This document shows, piece by piece, positions 50,635 through 59,078 of a DNA stretch of 59,079 nucleotides. The DNA is from an uncultured Candidatus Saccharibacteria bacterium (GTDB taxonomy: Bacteria; Patescibacteriota; UBA1384; JAGGWG01; CAZAJM01): the NCBI GenBank assembly GCA_964485625.1, contig CAZAJM010000005.1:1-59079 (forward strand), read 5' to 3'. The notes under the pieces are model-generated. The model did not search any database and was not told the origin of the DNA. It was given only the letters and a program-made list of their open reading frames with translations. The position numbers and the translations under genes were made by a program. Numbering within the stretch: position 1 is the first letter of the stretch; each line of letters opens with the position of its first letter.

Positions 50635-51840
50635 CTATTTTAATATCTCTAAAGCTTTCTCTAGCTGCTTATCATTATCACTGCCCACCTTACTGGCTTT
50701 CATCTCAAGACTTAGATCCGGCTTTAACCCCTTGGAGTTAATCAGTTGTTTTTCTGGGGTTAGCCACCTACCTGAGGTAATTCTTAAACTACCCCAATCT
50801 TCAATATTTTTCAAGTCTTGAACGCTGCCCTTGCCAAATGTCTTAGCCCCAACTAACTTAGCACCTTTCTGATCACGAAGAGCCCCAGCCATAATCTCAG
50901 CCGCTGAAGCAGAGCCCTCATTAATCAAAACGACTAAATCATAATCACTCATGGTAGCTTTACCAACTGCCTCAAAGCCTTCTGTCTGATCTTGGTTCTG
51001 TTGGTAGACAATAACCCCGTCTTCGATAAACTTACTACTGACCCTAACTGCCACATCAAAAAAGCCACCGGGGTTGTTACGCAAGTCAACTACCAGCTTT
51101 TGGGCTCCCTGATCACTAAAAAACTCAGAAGCATTATTTATTAAATCTAAAGTGTCGTTACCAAATTGGTTAATTCGCAAATAGCCGATATCGCCTTCTA
51201 TCATTTTGTAATTAACGCTCTCTACCACAATCTCTTCTCGAGTGATATTAAACTTTAATTGCTCATTATCTTCTGGCCTAAAGACAGTTAAAATAACATC
51301 GGTGCCAATCTCACCCCTAATATTACTGACCATCTCATCAAAGCTCATCTCCTCAACCAATTGGCCGTCAATCTTAACAATAATATCCTCAGCGACTAGA
51401 CCGGCCTCTTCTGCCGGAGATCCTTCAAGAGGTGAAGTGACGGTTAAATTGCCATCAACCAGCTCTATCATAATGCCAACACCACCAAAACTACCGTCTA
51501 GATCTTGAGAAAATATCTCTGATTGGTTAGGAGGCATAAAGGCAGAATATGGATCATCTAGAGCTCCGACCATACCCTCAATCGCCCCTCTAACTAACTC
51601 TTTATCATCGATCTCATTAGGGTTAACATAGCGCTGGTGAACCTGATCCCAGACCTGCCAAAAAACAGAAAAATCCAACTCTTCCGGTTGACCCTGCTCC
51701 TTATTAACAAGCTGATAGCTACCACCAACTGAGGCCTTACTAGCACCAAGATAATATCCAACTCCCAAAAACACCAAAGAGACAACCAAAACAGCCAAAG
51801 TCAAAAATATGGATTTTGCTAATCGTTTCTTTTTGCTCAT
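50635..51840 (-). CDS. ctpA: C-terminal processing protease (S41) with PDZ domain
   Basis: LDDPYS, PDZ, DLRNNPGG, SASAAEI, KTFGKGSVQ. Confidence 0.92.
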   Translation of the reverse strand: MSKKKRLAKSIFLTLAVLVVSLVFLGVGYYLGASKASVGGSYQLVNKEQGQPEELDFSVFWQVWDQVHQRYVNPNEIDDKELVRGAIEGMVGALDDPYSAFMPPNQSEIFSQDLDGSFGGVGIMIELVDGNLTVTSPLEGSPAEEAGLVAEDIIVKIDGQLVEEMSFDEMVSNIRGEIGTDVILTVFRPEDNEQLKFNITREEIVVESVNYKMIEGDIGYLRINQFGNDTLDLINNASEFFSDQGAQKLVVDLRNNPGGFFDVAVRVSSKFIEDGVIVYQQNQDQTEGFEAVGKATMSDYDLVVLINEGSASAAEIMAGALRDQKGAKLVGAKTFGKGSVQDLKNIEDWGSLRITSGRWLTPEKQLINSKGLKPDLSLEMKASKVGSDNDKQLEKALEILK

Positions 51841-51954
51841 AGCTATATCTTAAGTCATACAGATATATATTTCAACTCCAAAAATTTGAAAATATTTTAA
51901 ATACTAATATACTAATAATTAGTACGAACCTGTCCTAAACTGGGAGGAACTAGA

Positions 51955-52191
51955 ATGTCAGCACCCTGTCCTAATTGCGGATCTCCAGTTAAAACAACAG
52001 AAAAAGGAAACTGTAGCAATCAAGGCTGTGGTTGTCTTCTAGTTACTTTATCTATTTTTGTTTCACTATTTCTCTTCCCGATCGGTCCGATAATAGGAGT
52101 TGTATTTTTTGGAATGGGTCTTTGGATTATCTTAACATCAAAAAAAGAAACTACACCAAGTTGCACAAACTGTAACTGGGAAGGAAAATAG
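51955..52191 (+). CDS. LITAF-like split zinc ribbon with membrane hairpin
   Basis: CPNC - hydrophobic hairpin - CTNC; SD GGGAGG. Confidence 0.65.
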   Translation: MSAPCPNCGSPVKTTEKGNCSNQGCGCLLVTLSIFVSLFLFPIGPIIGVVFFGMGLWIILTSKKETTPSCTNCNWEGK

Positions 52192-52193
52192 TT

Positions 52194-52244
52194 AGCCCCT
52201 GATTATTATACCTATACACTACAATCATTATTGGGGCTTTTTTT
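52194..52244 (+). terminator. long-loop terminator abutting the next -35
   Basis: AGCCCC/GGGGCT stem, 33-nt loop, T6, then TTGACA. Confidence 0.6.
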
Positions 52245-52246
52245 AC

Positions 52247-52329
52247 TTGACAACAGAATTAAAAATACTATATTTAAGCTAGAATTTATCTTAGCGAATC
52301 GCACCTATCCTAGACAAGAATAGGAGGTG
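52247..52329 (+). promoter_or_regulatory. promoter and SD-sequestering leader of the HxH peptide gene
   Basis: TTGACA (52247-52252), 16 bp, TATATT (52269-52274); CACC-TA-TCCT (52302-52311) complementary to SD AGGAGGTG (52322-52329). Confidence 0.6.
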
Positions 52330-52335
52330 AATCCG

Positions 52336-52548
52336 ATGGGTCTTTTTGGTGGTAAGAGTGGTAGCAACCACTACCACAGAGGTGGCAAAGGCACGCACTC
52401 TCACGGCAACAAGCAGGGAGGCGACCACAAGCACACCTCGAGCAACCCCCGTGGCACCCACGGCCACCGCAGTGGCCAGACTCCTTCCGGTGGACACATC
52501 CATCGAGGTGGAAACACCGGAGGCACGCACTCTCACAAGACTCGCTGA
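52336..52548 (+). CDS. 70-aa Gly/His-rich peptide with six HxH motifs
   Basis: ATG 6 nt after AGGAGGTG; HYH, HSH, HKH, HGH, HIH, HSH; 16-nt internal repeat at 52389-52404 and 52521-52536. Confidence 0.75.
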   Translation: MGLFGGKSGSNHYHRGGKGTHSHGNKQGGDHKHTSSNPRGTHGHRSGQTPSGGHIHRGGNTGGTHSHKTR

Positions 52549-52567
52549 CCTCCTCCGGGATCCACAA

Positions 52568-52607
52568 GTGGGGCGTATCGAACCAGAAACAAAAACATAC
52601 GCCCCAC
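52568..52607 (+). other. GC-rich 11-bp hairpin without U-tract
   Basis: GTGGGGCGTAT/ATACGCCCCAC, 18-nt loop. Confidence 0.75.
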
Positions 52608-52631
52608 CCCATCCTCTTCTTAAATTAAACT

Positions 52632-53906
52632 ATGAATTATTTAATAAAAAAACTAGGCAATGGACTTAAATTACTAGTAATAAGCGATAAGAGTATAGAT
52701 GATATTAATATCTCCCTTACTATTAAAGCTGGTTCATTTAATGAAGAAAAATCTAATAATGGCGTAGCTCATTTAATAGAACATCTAATTCTGCCTAGCA
52801 CGGAGACTGACCATGGTTCCAATTTAAAAGAGATTACAGAACTAAAAGCAGAACTAGATCTATCAATTGATAAAGAATATGCTTACTTTAATGGTGTTTT
52901 TGGCAATAAAAGCCTGGAAAAAACTCTTATATATTTAAAAGATATGGTTTTCAAGCCAAAATTTAGAGATGAGACGATAGAGAGAGAAAAGAATATAGTA
53001 TATCAAGAGATTGAAAGATCTGAAGATGATGTAATATACCAAATAGAAGAACTTGCTGATTCGAATATCTTTAAAGAGAAACACGGCTTTAAATTACCAT
53101 TACTGGGTAGCAGGGAAAGTATAGAAAAAATAACCACGGGACAGGTAAAAAAATACCATCAAAAACACTATATCCCCAGCAACACTACCTTAGCTATTGC
53201 AAGCAGTTACACTAGAACCAAAGCCTTTAATATAGTTAAAGAAATATTTAGTAGCCTAAAAAAACAGGAGCTAGCTAAAACAAAAAGCCAGGAAACAACG
53301 AAGCAAAGTATTACTACTAAAGACTACAATCGAAATAACCGAGTCTATTTAAAATTAGACTTTAACTCTTTTGATATTAATACACCACTAAAAAATAAAA
53401 TAATACTAGGGTTGTTGAGTGAATATTTAACTGAATTCCAAAACTCACCCCTAATCCAAAAATTAAGAGTAGAGAACAATCTAATCTATGATATCTATAC
53501 CCAAACCCAATACTACGATCAAGTAGGAATCTTTAGCATAATTACCGACGTAAACAAAAAAGATACAGTAAAGGTAATCAAAACCATACTTAAAGAGCTA
53601 GATAAGTTAAAGATAGAAACAAATATTAACAAAGACTTACTAACCCAAGCCAGGCAATATTTAAACCGAGAAAACTTAAAAGCAGAGAATGATCTAGAAA
53701 CGAAAACAAACTGGCTACAGGAAGAAGTAATGGCCTATGGTAAACTTAAAAACTCACCCAAAAAAGTAATCAATATTAGAGAAAAAATAACAAGAAATGA
53801 TATTTCAAAAACAGCCAAACAAATATTCAACACTAAATATCTCCACATCTCAGCCTTGGGGCCAACTAGCAGGAAAGAAATAGAAAAAGCCTTAGAAAAA
53901 ACTTAA
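52632..53906 (+). CDS. M16 (pitrilysin-family) zinc peptidase
   Basis: inverted zinc motif HLIEH, downstream EKNIVYQE, LRVENNLIYDI in the C-terminal half. Confidence 0.88.
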   Translation: MNYLIKKLGNGLKLLVISDKSIDDINISLTIKAGSFNEEKSNNGVAHLIEHLILPSTETDHGSNLKEITELKAELDLSIDKEYAYFNGVFGNKSLEKTLIYLKDMVFKPKFRDETIEREKNIVYQEIERSEDDVIYQIEELADSNIFKEKHGFKLPLLGSRESIEKITTGQVKKYHQKHYIPSNTTLAIASSYTRTKAFNIVKEIFSSLKKQELAKTKSQETTKQSITTKDYNRNNRVYLKLDFNSFDINTPLKNKIILGLLSEYLTEFQNSPLIQKLRVENNLIYDIYTQTQYYDQVGIFSIITDVNKKDTVKVIKTILKELDKLKIETNINKDLLTQARQYLNRENLKAENDLETKTNWLQEEVMAYGKLKNSPKKVINIREKITRNDISKTAKQIFNTKYLHISALGPTSRKEIEKALEKT

Positions 53907-53960
53907 ACAACAACTAATTTTGTGCTATATTAAACTTAACCAAGAGAGAAAGATTTACTC

Positions 53961-54025
53961 TTGACAAACACCACTATAACTAGTATAGTGGAAGCAGAAC
54001 TCAACTACTCCTGTGAGGGGTAGTT
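53961..54025 (+). promoter_or_regulatory. consensus sigma70 promoter and 5'UTR hairpin
   Basis: TTGACA (53961-53966), 17 bp, TATAGT (53984-53989); stem 54003-54012/54016-54025. Confidence 0.7.
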
Positions 54026-54070
54026 ACGACGTACCGTACTCGAACAACAGTCGCAAGAGAGGTGAGAAAA

Positions 54071-55339
54071 ATGCAGAAGGCAGTTGTTGACACAGGACAA
54101 GACCGAAGTAAGATAGCTGAAAAGTTCGCAGCCATCATTGCAGTAATCATTGCCGCTGGCAAGATGGACCTCACAAAGACCTGGCTGGGCAAAATCCTCA
54201 AGGGTATTGCCTACACCGTTCTTGGCATCTTCGTCCTGGCGGCTGTTTTCGCAATCGTTTTCCTTGCCGTACCCCTTCTCTGGGGCTGGAGCGGACACTT
54301 TACGCTCCTATTTGACCAATCCTGGTCAATGGCTAACCCTGTCGAACAGGGTGCCATCATGCCTCTCTCAATCTACTACACTACCCCAACTGAAATCTAC
54401 CAAGAGGGTGACGTAGTAGTCTTTGACGATGAGGCGGGCCAGAACGGAAAAGACGGATCAGTCAAGCAGATTGTCGAAGTTCAGCAGTCTGACTATCTGG
54501 TCCAAGGTCTCAACGAAAAAAATACCGATGGCCCCTTCCCGGTCCCCAAGGACCTAGTTGAGGGTAAGGTGATCGCTGGCCGCCGAAGTCTGCTCCCAGT
54601 AAGCTTCTGGGACTGGTTGTCGATGGGCTTTACGCTCAATGACAACCATATCAAAGAACGTTTCTGGGACATCTTTTCACTGAGGACAGTTCTGGCTTCA
54701 CTAACCAACCCCTTTAGGAACCATGTCGTTCTTACATACCCGCCTCAAAATGTTCACAGGCTAGCGGGCAAGTATGTAATCGAACAGCCTGCCCAAGAGC
54801 TGGTGGAGATCTACTCAACCAATGGCCAACTACTCTATCACTTTGAGGGATCACTGCACAGCACAGATCAGAAGAGTGCAGTTATCCTCTCAAGATGGGA
54901 GAATGAGTGGACGGCCAACTACACCAAATATGATCTCACGACAAATGAAATCATTGAAGGTGTAGGCTCAGATGGCAACCCCCTGCCTGAGAACGCCAGC
55001 AACAAGAAAGTCACGCTGGCAGATGGCACCACAATCTCAGGCAACCTCACCGAGGTGGTAAAAGGTGGCAGCTGGATAGTTTCAGCCGCTACCGAACACG
55101 TCCAGACCTCTACCATCAACCCCGGCGGAGATAGTGTAAGCTCAATAACAATTTCCGGCGGCGGAGAAGCAGACGTCATAACTGAGATCAAGGTGGGTGA
55201 TGAAAATGTGGAGACGTTATATGGTAGCTCGTGGACACACCGCATTGATCACCCTCGTGAACTAGTCACTATAACCCTCAGTCGTAACGCACAACACCAT
55301 CACTCAGAAGGAGGAATTAATGAGATCATCGTCGACTGA
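54071..55339 (+). CDS. S26 signal peptidase I-like domain fused to a long extracellular region
   Basis: start moved to ATG 54071 (SD GAGGTG); TM, then QSWSMANP, EGDVVVF, SVKQIV, YLVQGLN, VEGKV. Confidence 0.6.
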   Translation: MQKAVVDTGQDRSKIAEKFAAIIAVIIAAGKMDLTKTWLGKILKGIAYTVLGIFVLAAVFAIVFLAVPLLWGWSGHFTLLFDQSWSMANPVEQGAIMPLSIYYTTPTEIYQEGDVVVFDDEAGQNGKDGSVKQIVEVQQSDYLVQGLNEKNTDGPFPVPKDLVEGKVIAGRRSLLPVSFWDWLSMGFTLNDNHIKERFWDIFSLRTVLASLTNPFRNHVVLTYPPQNVHRLAGKYVIEQPAQELVEIYSTNGQLLYHFEGSLHSTDQKSAVILSRWENEWTANYTKYDLTTNEIIEGVGSDGNPLPENASNKKVTLADGTTISGNLTEVVKGGSWIVSAATEHVQTSTINPGGDSVSSITISGGGEADVITEIKVGDENVETLYGSSWTHRIDHPRELVTITLSRNAQHHHSEGGINEIIVD

Positions 55340-55346
55340 GCACTGC

Positions 55347-55393
55347 CCCCTGGGCTTAGAATACTATTTCTACCGCCCAGGGGCACTTTTTTT
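55347..55393 (+). terminator. intrinsic terminator
   Basis: CCCCTGGGC/GCCCAGGGG stem, 19-nt loop, T7. Confidence 0.8.
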
Positions 55394-55401
55394 AATTAAA
55401 A

Positions 55402-55437
55402 TTGCCCAATTAATTCAACTGGGATATAATATATATA
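55402..55437 (+). promoter_or_regulatory. promoter of a probably leaderless transcript
   Basis: TTGCCC (55402-55407), 17 bp, TATAAT (55425-55430), 7 nt before ATG. Confidence 0.7.
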
Positions 55438-58400
55438 ATGAAGAAAAAGATATATATCTCATTATTTGCACTTTTTCTAATAGCACTGGGGCTATTTCTG
55501 ATTAACGATTCTTTTAAAATAAATAAGGAAGCTCTATCGGGGAGTCAAACCTACACTCTATCTTCTCAGGCCCAATGGCAAGCAGGATCAAATGAAAATA
55601 CCGATCTCACGTCAAGCCCCGGATCAATCCTTATTGATAATAAATCTGATCCAGTGAGACTAGACATAAGCGATGGAAGCGTAACCACTACCAGAGATGA
55701 TGGCGGAACAGCCAATCAAATTATTGACGGAATAGATAATGCCGGCTGGTGGTTTCAAGCATCTTCAACAACAAAACAATATGCAACGATAGATTTAGGC
55801 GAAACTAAGACTTTTTCTATTTACAAAATTAATCCCGGAGGAGATGCTGGAGGTAATTATTGCTCTTACTATAGTACTGACAACAATAGTTATACACCTT
55901 TATCAGGCGATATTGAAGCCTGGGGTGATGATACAAATTGTGTTGCAGGCGGAAATTGGACTCTTGACTCAATGAACGATGAGTATGGAATGGGTTTTTA
56001 CGCCGACTTAATCCCGGCTGTTGAGGCCAGATATATACAAATTGAAGCATGGTCAGGATCAGGTTCGGACTTGGTTGGGGTGACTAACATTGACCTCTAC
56101 ATTAACTCTGAAGCAACACATACGTCTTCTAGTTCACAGCTAGACTGTGGTGAAAACATCACCAGCTGGGATAGCCTCACTCCCACTCAAACCACTCCTA
56201 CTAATACTTATATTTCATATGAGTTTCGCTCTAGTAGTGATGGAGCTACCTGGACTGATTGGTCTAGTGCTCAAGAATACTCAGGTACACCCTTGGATCT
56301 AAGTGGTTTAATTGCTAATAGGTACTTACAAGTCCGCTCTACTCTCTCTACTACTAGCTCTGGCTCTACTCCCAGTATCGATGAGTATGATATCGCCTAT
56401 ACAGTTTCTGATGCTGATCCCTGTGCTGATTTTGATCACTTGAATAGCTATGTTAGCCCGGCCGGAAGTGTAAGTAGCGCTAGTGAAGGTGACGAATTTG
56501 TCTTCACGTCCCATGCCGTTGACGGTGGCGGAGGATATATAGATACGTCTCATAGCTTTGAGATAAGTCCTATTGTAGATGGTTTCTCTACAAGTGTTTC
56601 TAGTGGAGAGATAGGCGAGGCGGTCTGGAACGTGCCCAATGATATTGCCCCGGGAGAGTACACTGTTACCATTAGCTCGGGTTGTGGGGGTTCTAGCACA
56701 ATTGTTCTAGAAGTGCCAAATGATGATGACCCGGATCCTGATCCAGAACCCGACCCTGATCCGGTTGATGTTTGTGATAGTTTTAAAAATATTAAGCTAG
56801 ATCCAGCTGGAGGAACCTACGCTGCCGGTAGAAAGATAGAGCTTAGTGGTTATGCTATTGATGAGAGTGATTCCAAGATGAGTGGCTCTCTTAGCTACTC
56901 TCTAGTCTCAGGCTCTGGCAATGCCTCTCTTTCTGACTCAGGTCTTCTGACTATGCCCTTGGCTGGGGAGAAAGCAATAGTTAGTGCTAGTCATACCTGT
57001 GGCTCCCGCTCATATACTTTTAGCTCCTATGAGATAGATTGTGATGAACTTGACCATATAGAGCTACTCCCCTCTTCTAAGGAGCTGGGTAAGTCTCAAG
57101 GCTATGACTTTGATGCTTTTGCTTACAGAACCGATGGTAGTAGATACTCTAGTTCTCAAATTGGTTTTAACTACACTGCCAGTAAAGGTAGTATCAACTC
57201 TTCAGGTTATCATATTGCCAGTTCTACTCTTGGCGAGTATCAAGTTGGAGTAGAAGATAATGGAGGCTGTGGGGTTAGTGATAACTCTAGAGTAACTGTA
57301 GTCTCTAATCCCGGACCAGATCCTAGTGGTAAAGGTAAGCTTAGTATAGAGAGTCCGGGAGGAGCTTTAGATGAGAGCGGGTCGGTCTACACAGCCTACT
57401 TAGATGCTAATAACTACTCTGGAGAGACTGAGACCTGTGTTAATATCACTCCTAAGATGACCTATGCGGGTAGGGATGTTACTAGTAAGACTAATTTTAA
57501 CTATGAGCTTATCTATCCTACTGGTGTTAGCCGAGTAGATGATCAAGGAATATATTGTACTAGTGATATCTCTAAAGTTGGTCGGGTTGATGTAGGGGGT
57601 ATCTATGGTGGTAGGAGTTACTTAGTTAGCCAAAAGATAAACTTCTATGAGAGTGATAATGATTACTTTAAAGTAACCAGGCCCAATGAGAATAGTATCT
57701 GGAGTATTGATAGCCGGGAAGATATTAACTGGACTAGTAGTGAGCTAGAAGAAGCAATAGAGCAGGTTAAGATAGAGTACTCAAGCAATGGAGGTAGAGA
57801 GTACTTAGGAGTAGTAGATAACTTCCCTAATACTAATAACTACTCTTGGCAGATACCAAATGACTCTAGCTATGCTAGTAGTGAGGCTAAGATCAGAGTT
57901 AGTGGCTATGATAGCTGGGGTAACTATGTTATTTCTGATGAGTCAGATCAATTTATCATTAAAGATAAGAGAGATAGAGTCTCTCCTCTTGATCTAAAGG
58001 TAGATATGAGTAAACTAGCAACTACTGCAGCTGCCCAGGCTCCTTTGATGGGTTTAGCTCTAATTGGTCTAGCCTGGCCTTACTTAATTGGGGCGATTGG
58101 TAAGAACAACTTTAGTTTGTTAACTAACTTCTTTGGCTACTTATTCCAAGAGCTTAAGTACCTACTCTCTCCCTACTCCAAGCGGCCTAAGAAGTGGGGT
58201 ATAGTCTATGACTGGGATGATAAGACGCCCGTGGCCTATGCTAAGCTAATGCTCTTTGACGGGGAGAGCGACAAGCTTAAGCAAGTATATTACTCCAACT
58301 CTAAAGGTGAGTTTGGCTTTAAGATAGAAAAAGAGGGAGAGTACTATCTGGAGGTAGAGAAGCCGGGCTATGTTATAGAGAATAAATGTCAATTTGCGCC

Positions 58401-59016
58401 TAATAATAGCCAGGTTGGTAAACCAGGCAAGCAGAGAGATGAATTTAAAATAGGCTTAAGCGACAGCTACTACTCCAACCTCTACTTTGGCCAGGTTTTT
58501 AAAGTTGAAGATAAGGAAGACTCTGCTGTTAAGATGTCAATTCCTTTAAAGCTAGAAGAGAGAAGCTGGTTTAGTTACTTATTAGTCTGGCTTAGAAGAC
58601 TATCTAACTTCTTCTATCTTATCCGCATACCTGTCTTAATCGTTGGTAGTTTACTAGCGCTCTACTTGCTTGTAACTCAAAGAACAATTATTGATCTAAT
58701 AGTAATTGGACTCTATCTAATCTTCTGGTTAATAGAGATCCTAGCTGCTAAGAAGGTTAGAGGCTATGGTTTAGTAAAAAGTGAAGATGATAAGCCCTTA
58801 GATCTAGTTATGGTTAGAGCCTATGATAGTACTGGCAGATTAGTTCAGACCGTTATTACAGGACCGGATGGTAGGTTTATGTTAAATATTGATCCGGGAG
58901 ATATTATCTTAAAAATTAAAAAACCCGGCTATGCTTCTAAGATAGTCGAGATGGATCTAAAGTCGGTTAAGGATTTAAGTGGGGTTAATATTAGACTAGA
59001 ACAAACTAGTAGCTAA
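55438..59016 (+). CDS. large cell-surface protein (discoidin-like, three Cys-paired Ig-like repeats, TM segments, carboxypeptidase-regulatory-like domains)
   Basis: signal anchor; ATIDLG...ARYIQI (F5/8C-like); DP-repeat linker; C-terminal TMs; SNSKGEF and TGPDGRF. Confidence 0.78.
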   Translation: MKKKIYISLFALFLIALGLFLINDSFKINKEALSGSQTYTLSSQAQWQAGSNENTDLTSSPGSILIDNKSDPVRLDISDGSVTTTRDDGGTANQIIDGIDNAGWWFQASSTTKQYATIDLGETKTFSIYKINPGGDAGGNYCSYYSTDNNSYTPLSGDIEAWGDDTNCVAGGNWTLDSMNDEYGMGFYADLIPAVEARYIQIEAWSGSGSDLVGVTNIDLYINSEATHTSSSSQLDCGENITSWDSLTPTQTTPTNTYISYEFRSSSDGATWTDWSSAQEYSGTPLDLSGLIANRYLQVRSTLSTTSSGSTPSIDEYDIAYTVSDADPCADFDHLNSYVSPAGSVSSASEGDEFVFTSHAVDGGGGYIDTSHSFEISPIVDGFSTSVSSGEIGEAVWNVPNDIAPGEYTVTISSGCGGSSTIVLEVPNDDDPDPDPEPDPDPVDVCDSFKNIKLDPAGGTYAAGRKIELSGYAIDESDSKMSGSLSYSLVSGSGNASLSDSGLLTMPLAGEKAIVSASHTCGSRSYTFSSYEIDCDELDHIELLPSSKELGKSQGYDFDAFAYRTDGSRYSSSQIGFNYTASKGSINSSGYHIASSTLGEYQVGVEDNGGCGVSDNSRVTVVSNPGPDPSGKGKLSIESPGGALDESGSVYTAYLDANNYSGETETCVNITPKMTYAGRDVTSKTNFNYELIYPTGVSRVDDQGIYCTSDISKVGRVDVGGIYGGRSYLVSQKINFYESDNDYFKVTRPNENSIWSIDSREDINWTSSELEEAIEQVKIEYSSNGGREYLGVVDNFPNTNNYSWQIPNDSSYASSEAKIRVSGYDSWGNYVISDESDQFIIKDKRDRVSPLDLKVDMSKLATTAAAQAPLMGLALIGLAWPYLIGAIGKNNFSLLTNFFGYLFQELKYLLSPYSKRPKKWGIVYDWDDKTPVAYAKLMLFDGESDKLKQVYYSNSKGEFGFKIEKEGEYYLEVEKPGYVIENKCQFAPNNSQVGKPGKQRDEFKIGLSDSYYSNLYFGQVFKVEDKEDSAVKMSIPLKLEERSWFSYLLVWLRRLSNFFYLIRIPVLIVGSLLALYLLVTQRTIIDLIVIGLYLIFWLIEILAAKKVRGYGLVKSEDDKPLDLVMVRAYDSTGRLVQTVITGPDGRFMLNIDPGDIILKIKKPGYASKIVEMDLKSVKDLSGVNIRLEQTSS

Positions 59017-59078
59017 CTATCTTCAATCTCGATCTCTATTCCACTAGCTTCTAAGTTCTCTTTTGCGCCCGGACCAAT
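59013..59078 (-). CDS. 3' end of a partial gene, possibly NifB/NifX-family
   Basis: IGPGAKENLEASGIEIEIEDS then stop; only 21 residues visible. Confidence 0.3.
   Translation of the reverse strand: MGPGAKENLEASGIEIEIEDS

Noticed and set aside
52560-52610. tRNA or tmRNA fragment (GGTTCGA on the minus strand; GGGGCG start)
   Set aside because: The flanks do not form a T-stem or acceptor stem, and there is no cloverleaf or CCA end.
52310-52612. Antisense 100-aa ORF with 17 Cys resembling a metallothionein or ranthipeptide precursor
   Set aside because: It is the reverse complement of the His/Gly codons. It has no properly spaced SD or promoter, whereas the plus-strand peptide has both. Proteomics would settle it.
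52291-52669. Other overlapping ORFs (52291-52536 minus, 52346-52669 plus)
   Set aside because: Thr/Ala/Val-rich shadow frames of a GC-rich low-complexity gene, without initiation signals.
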